Shown: piece by piece, positions 63,783 through 64,000 of the stretch
Layout: every line of letters starts with the position of its first letter
How positions within the stretch are numbered: position 1 is the first letter of the stretch
NCBI GenBank assembly: GCA_965658995.1
Contig: CBFHVI010000007.1
Span: 24,848 to 88,847, forward strand
DNA: 64,000 bases
Direction of reading: 5' to 3'
DNA from: Flavobacteriales bacterium
GTDB taxonomy: Bacteria; Bacteroidota; Bacteroidia; Flavobacteriales_D; CAJJDF01
The notes under the pieces: generated by a model
What the model was told of the DNA's origin: nothing
The model's database searches: none
The model's input: the letters and a program-made list of their open reading frames with translations, nothing else
Translations under genes and position numbers: made by a program

Positions 63783-64000
63783 TGAATACCTATTTTTCAC
63801 ACGAAACAGCCGTAATTGATGAAGGTTGTAGAATTGGAGAAGGAACCAAGATTTGGCACTTTTCACACATAATGCCCAATTGCATAATTGGAGAACGTTG
63901 TAATATTGGCCAAAATGTGGTCATTTCACCAGAGGTGACTTTGGGAAATAATGTAAAAGTTCAAAATAATGTTTCGATTTACACAGGTGTAATTTGCGAA
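63782..64000 (+). CDS. Hexapeptide-repeat sugar N-acetyltransferase (WbpD/WlbB-like), 3-prime end outside the window
   Basis: The ATG overlaps the upstream stop (TAATG). MNTYFSHETAVIDEGCRIGEGTKIWHFSHIMPNCIIGERCNIGQNVVISPEVTLGNNVKVQNNVSIYTGV shows left-handed beta-helix hexapeptide repeats. Confidence 0.75.
   Translation, partial: MNTYFSHETAVIDEGCRIGEGTKIWHFSHIMPNCIIGERCNIGQNVVISPEVTLGNNVKVQNNVSIYTGVICE

Overview
Chromosomal window from a low-GC Bacteroidota genome, most likely Flavobacteriia. Supporting signs: type IX secretion (T9SS) genes (PorP/SprF, two PorE-like OmpA proteins, one Por_Secre_tail cargo), TAnnTTTG -7 promoter boxes before many genes, bshC, a fused E1 alpha/beta dehydrogenase, and an FtsZ tail ending NSFLHDNVD. 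The window is dense and mostly housekeeping, with about 63 protein-coding genes. These include ftsZ (3-prime end), obg, yicC, kbl, pyrF, prfA, purM, bshC, dnaA, thyA, dprA, lpdA, a nucleotide-sugar cluster, and three TonB-dependent receptors. There are two tRNAs (initiator tRNA-fMet and a second CAT-anticodon tRNA) and one TPP riboswitch. I saw no rRNA, CRISPR array, transposase, integrase or recognisable defence system. The most interesting region is an 11-gene minus-strand cluster (6962-15818). It holds three cryptochrome/photolyase-family (CPF) paralogues, one apparently domain-permuted, alongside several small or uncharacterised proteins. All four of its larger (>=92 nt) intergenic gaps are occupied by copies of two short repeat families, and a nested palindrome sits at its promoter. 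Other points: four small CDSs below the ORF-track cutoff (DUF2256, Lacal_2735-like, a 43-aa lipoprotein, a 39-codon ORF between a consensus promoter and tRNA-fMet); three gene remnants (sensor kinase, TonB-C fragment, GIY-YIG-like chimera); a REP/MITE-like repeat that supplies the stop codons of three genes; and an orphan PorP/SprF-PorE pair. All calls were made by eye from the sequence and translations. No database search, covariance model or statistic was run.
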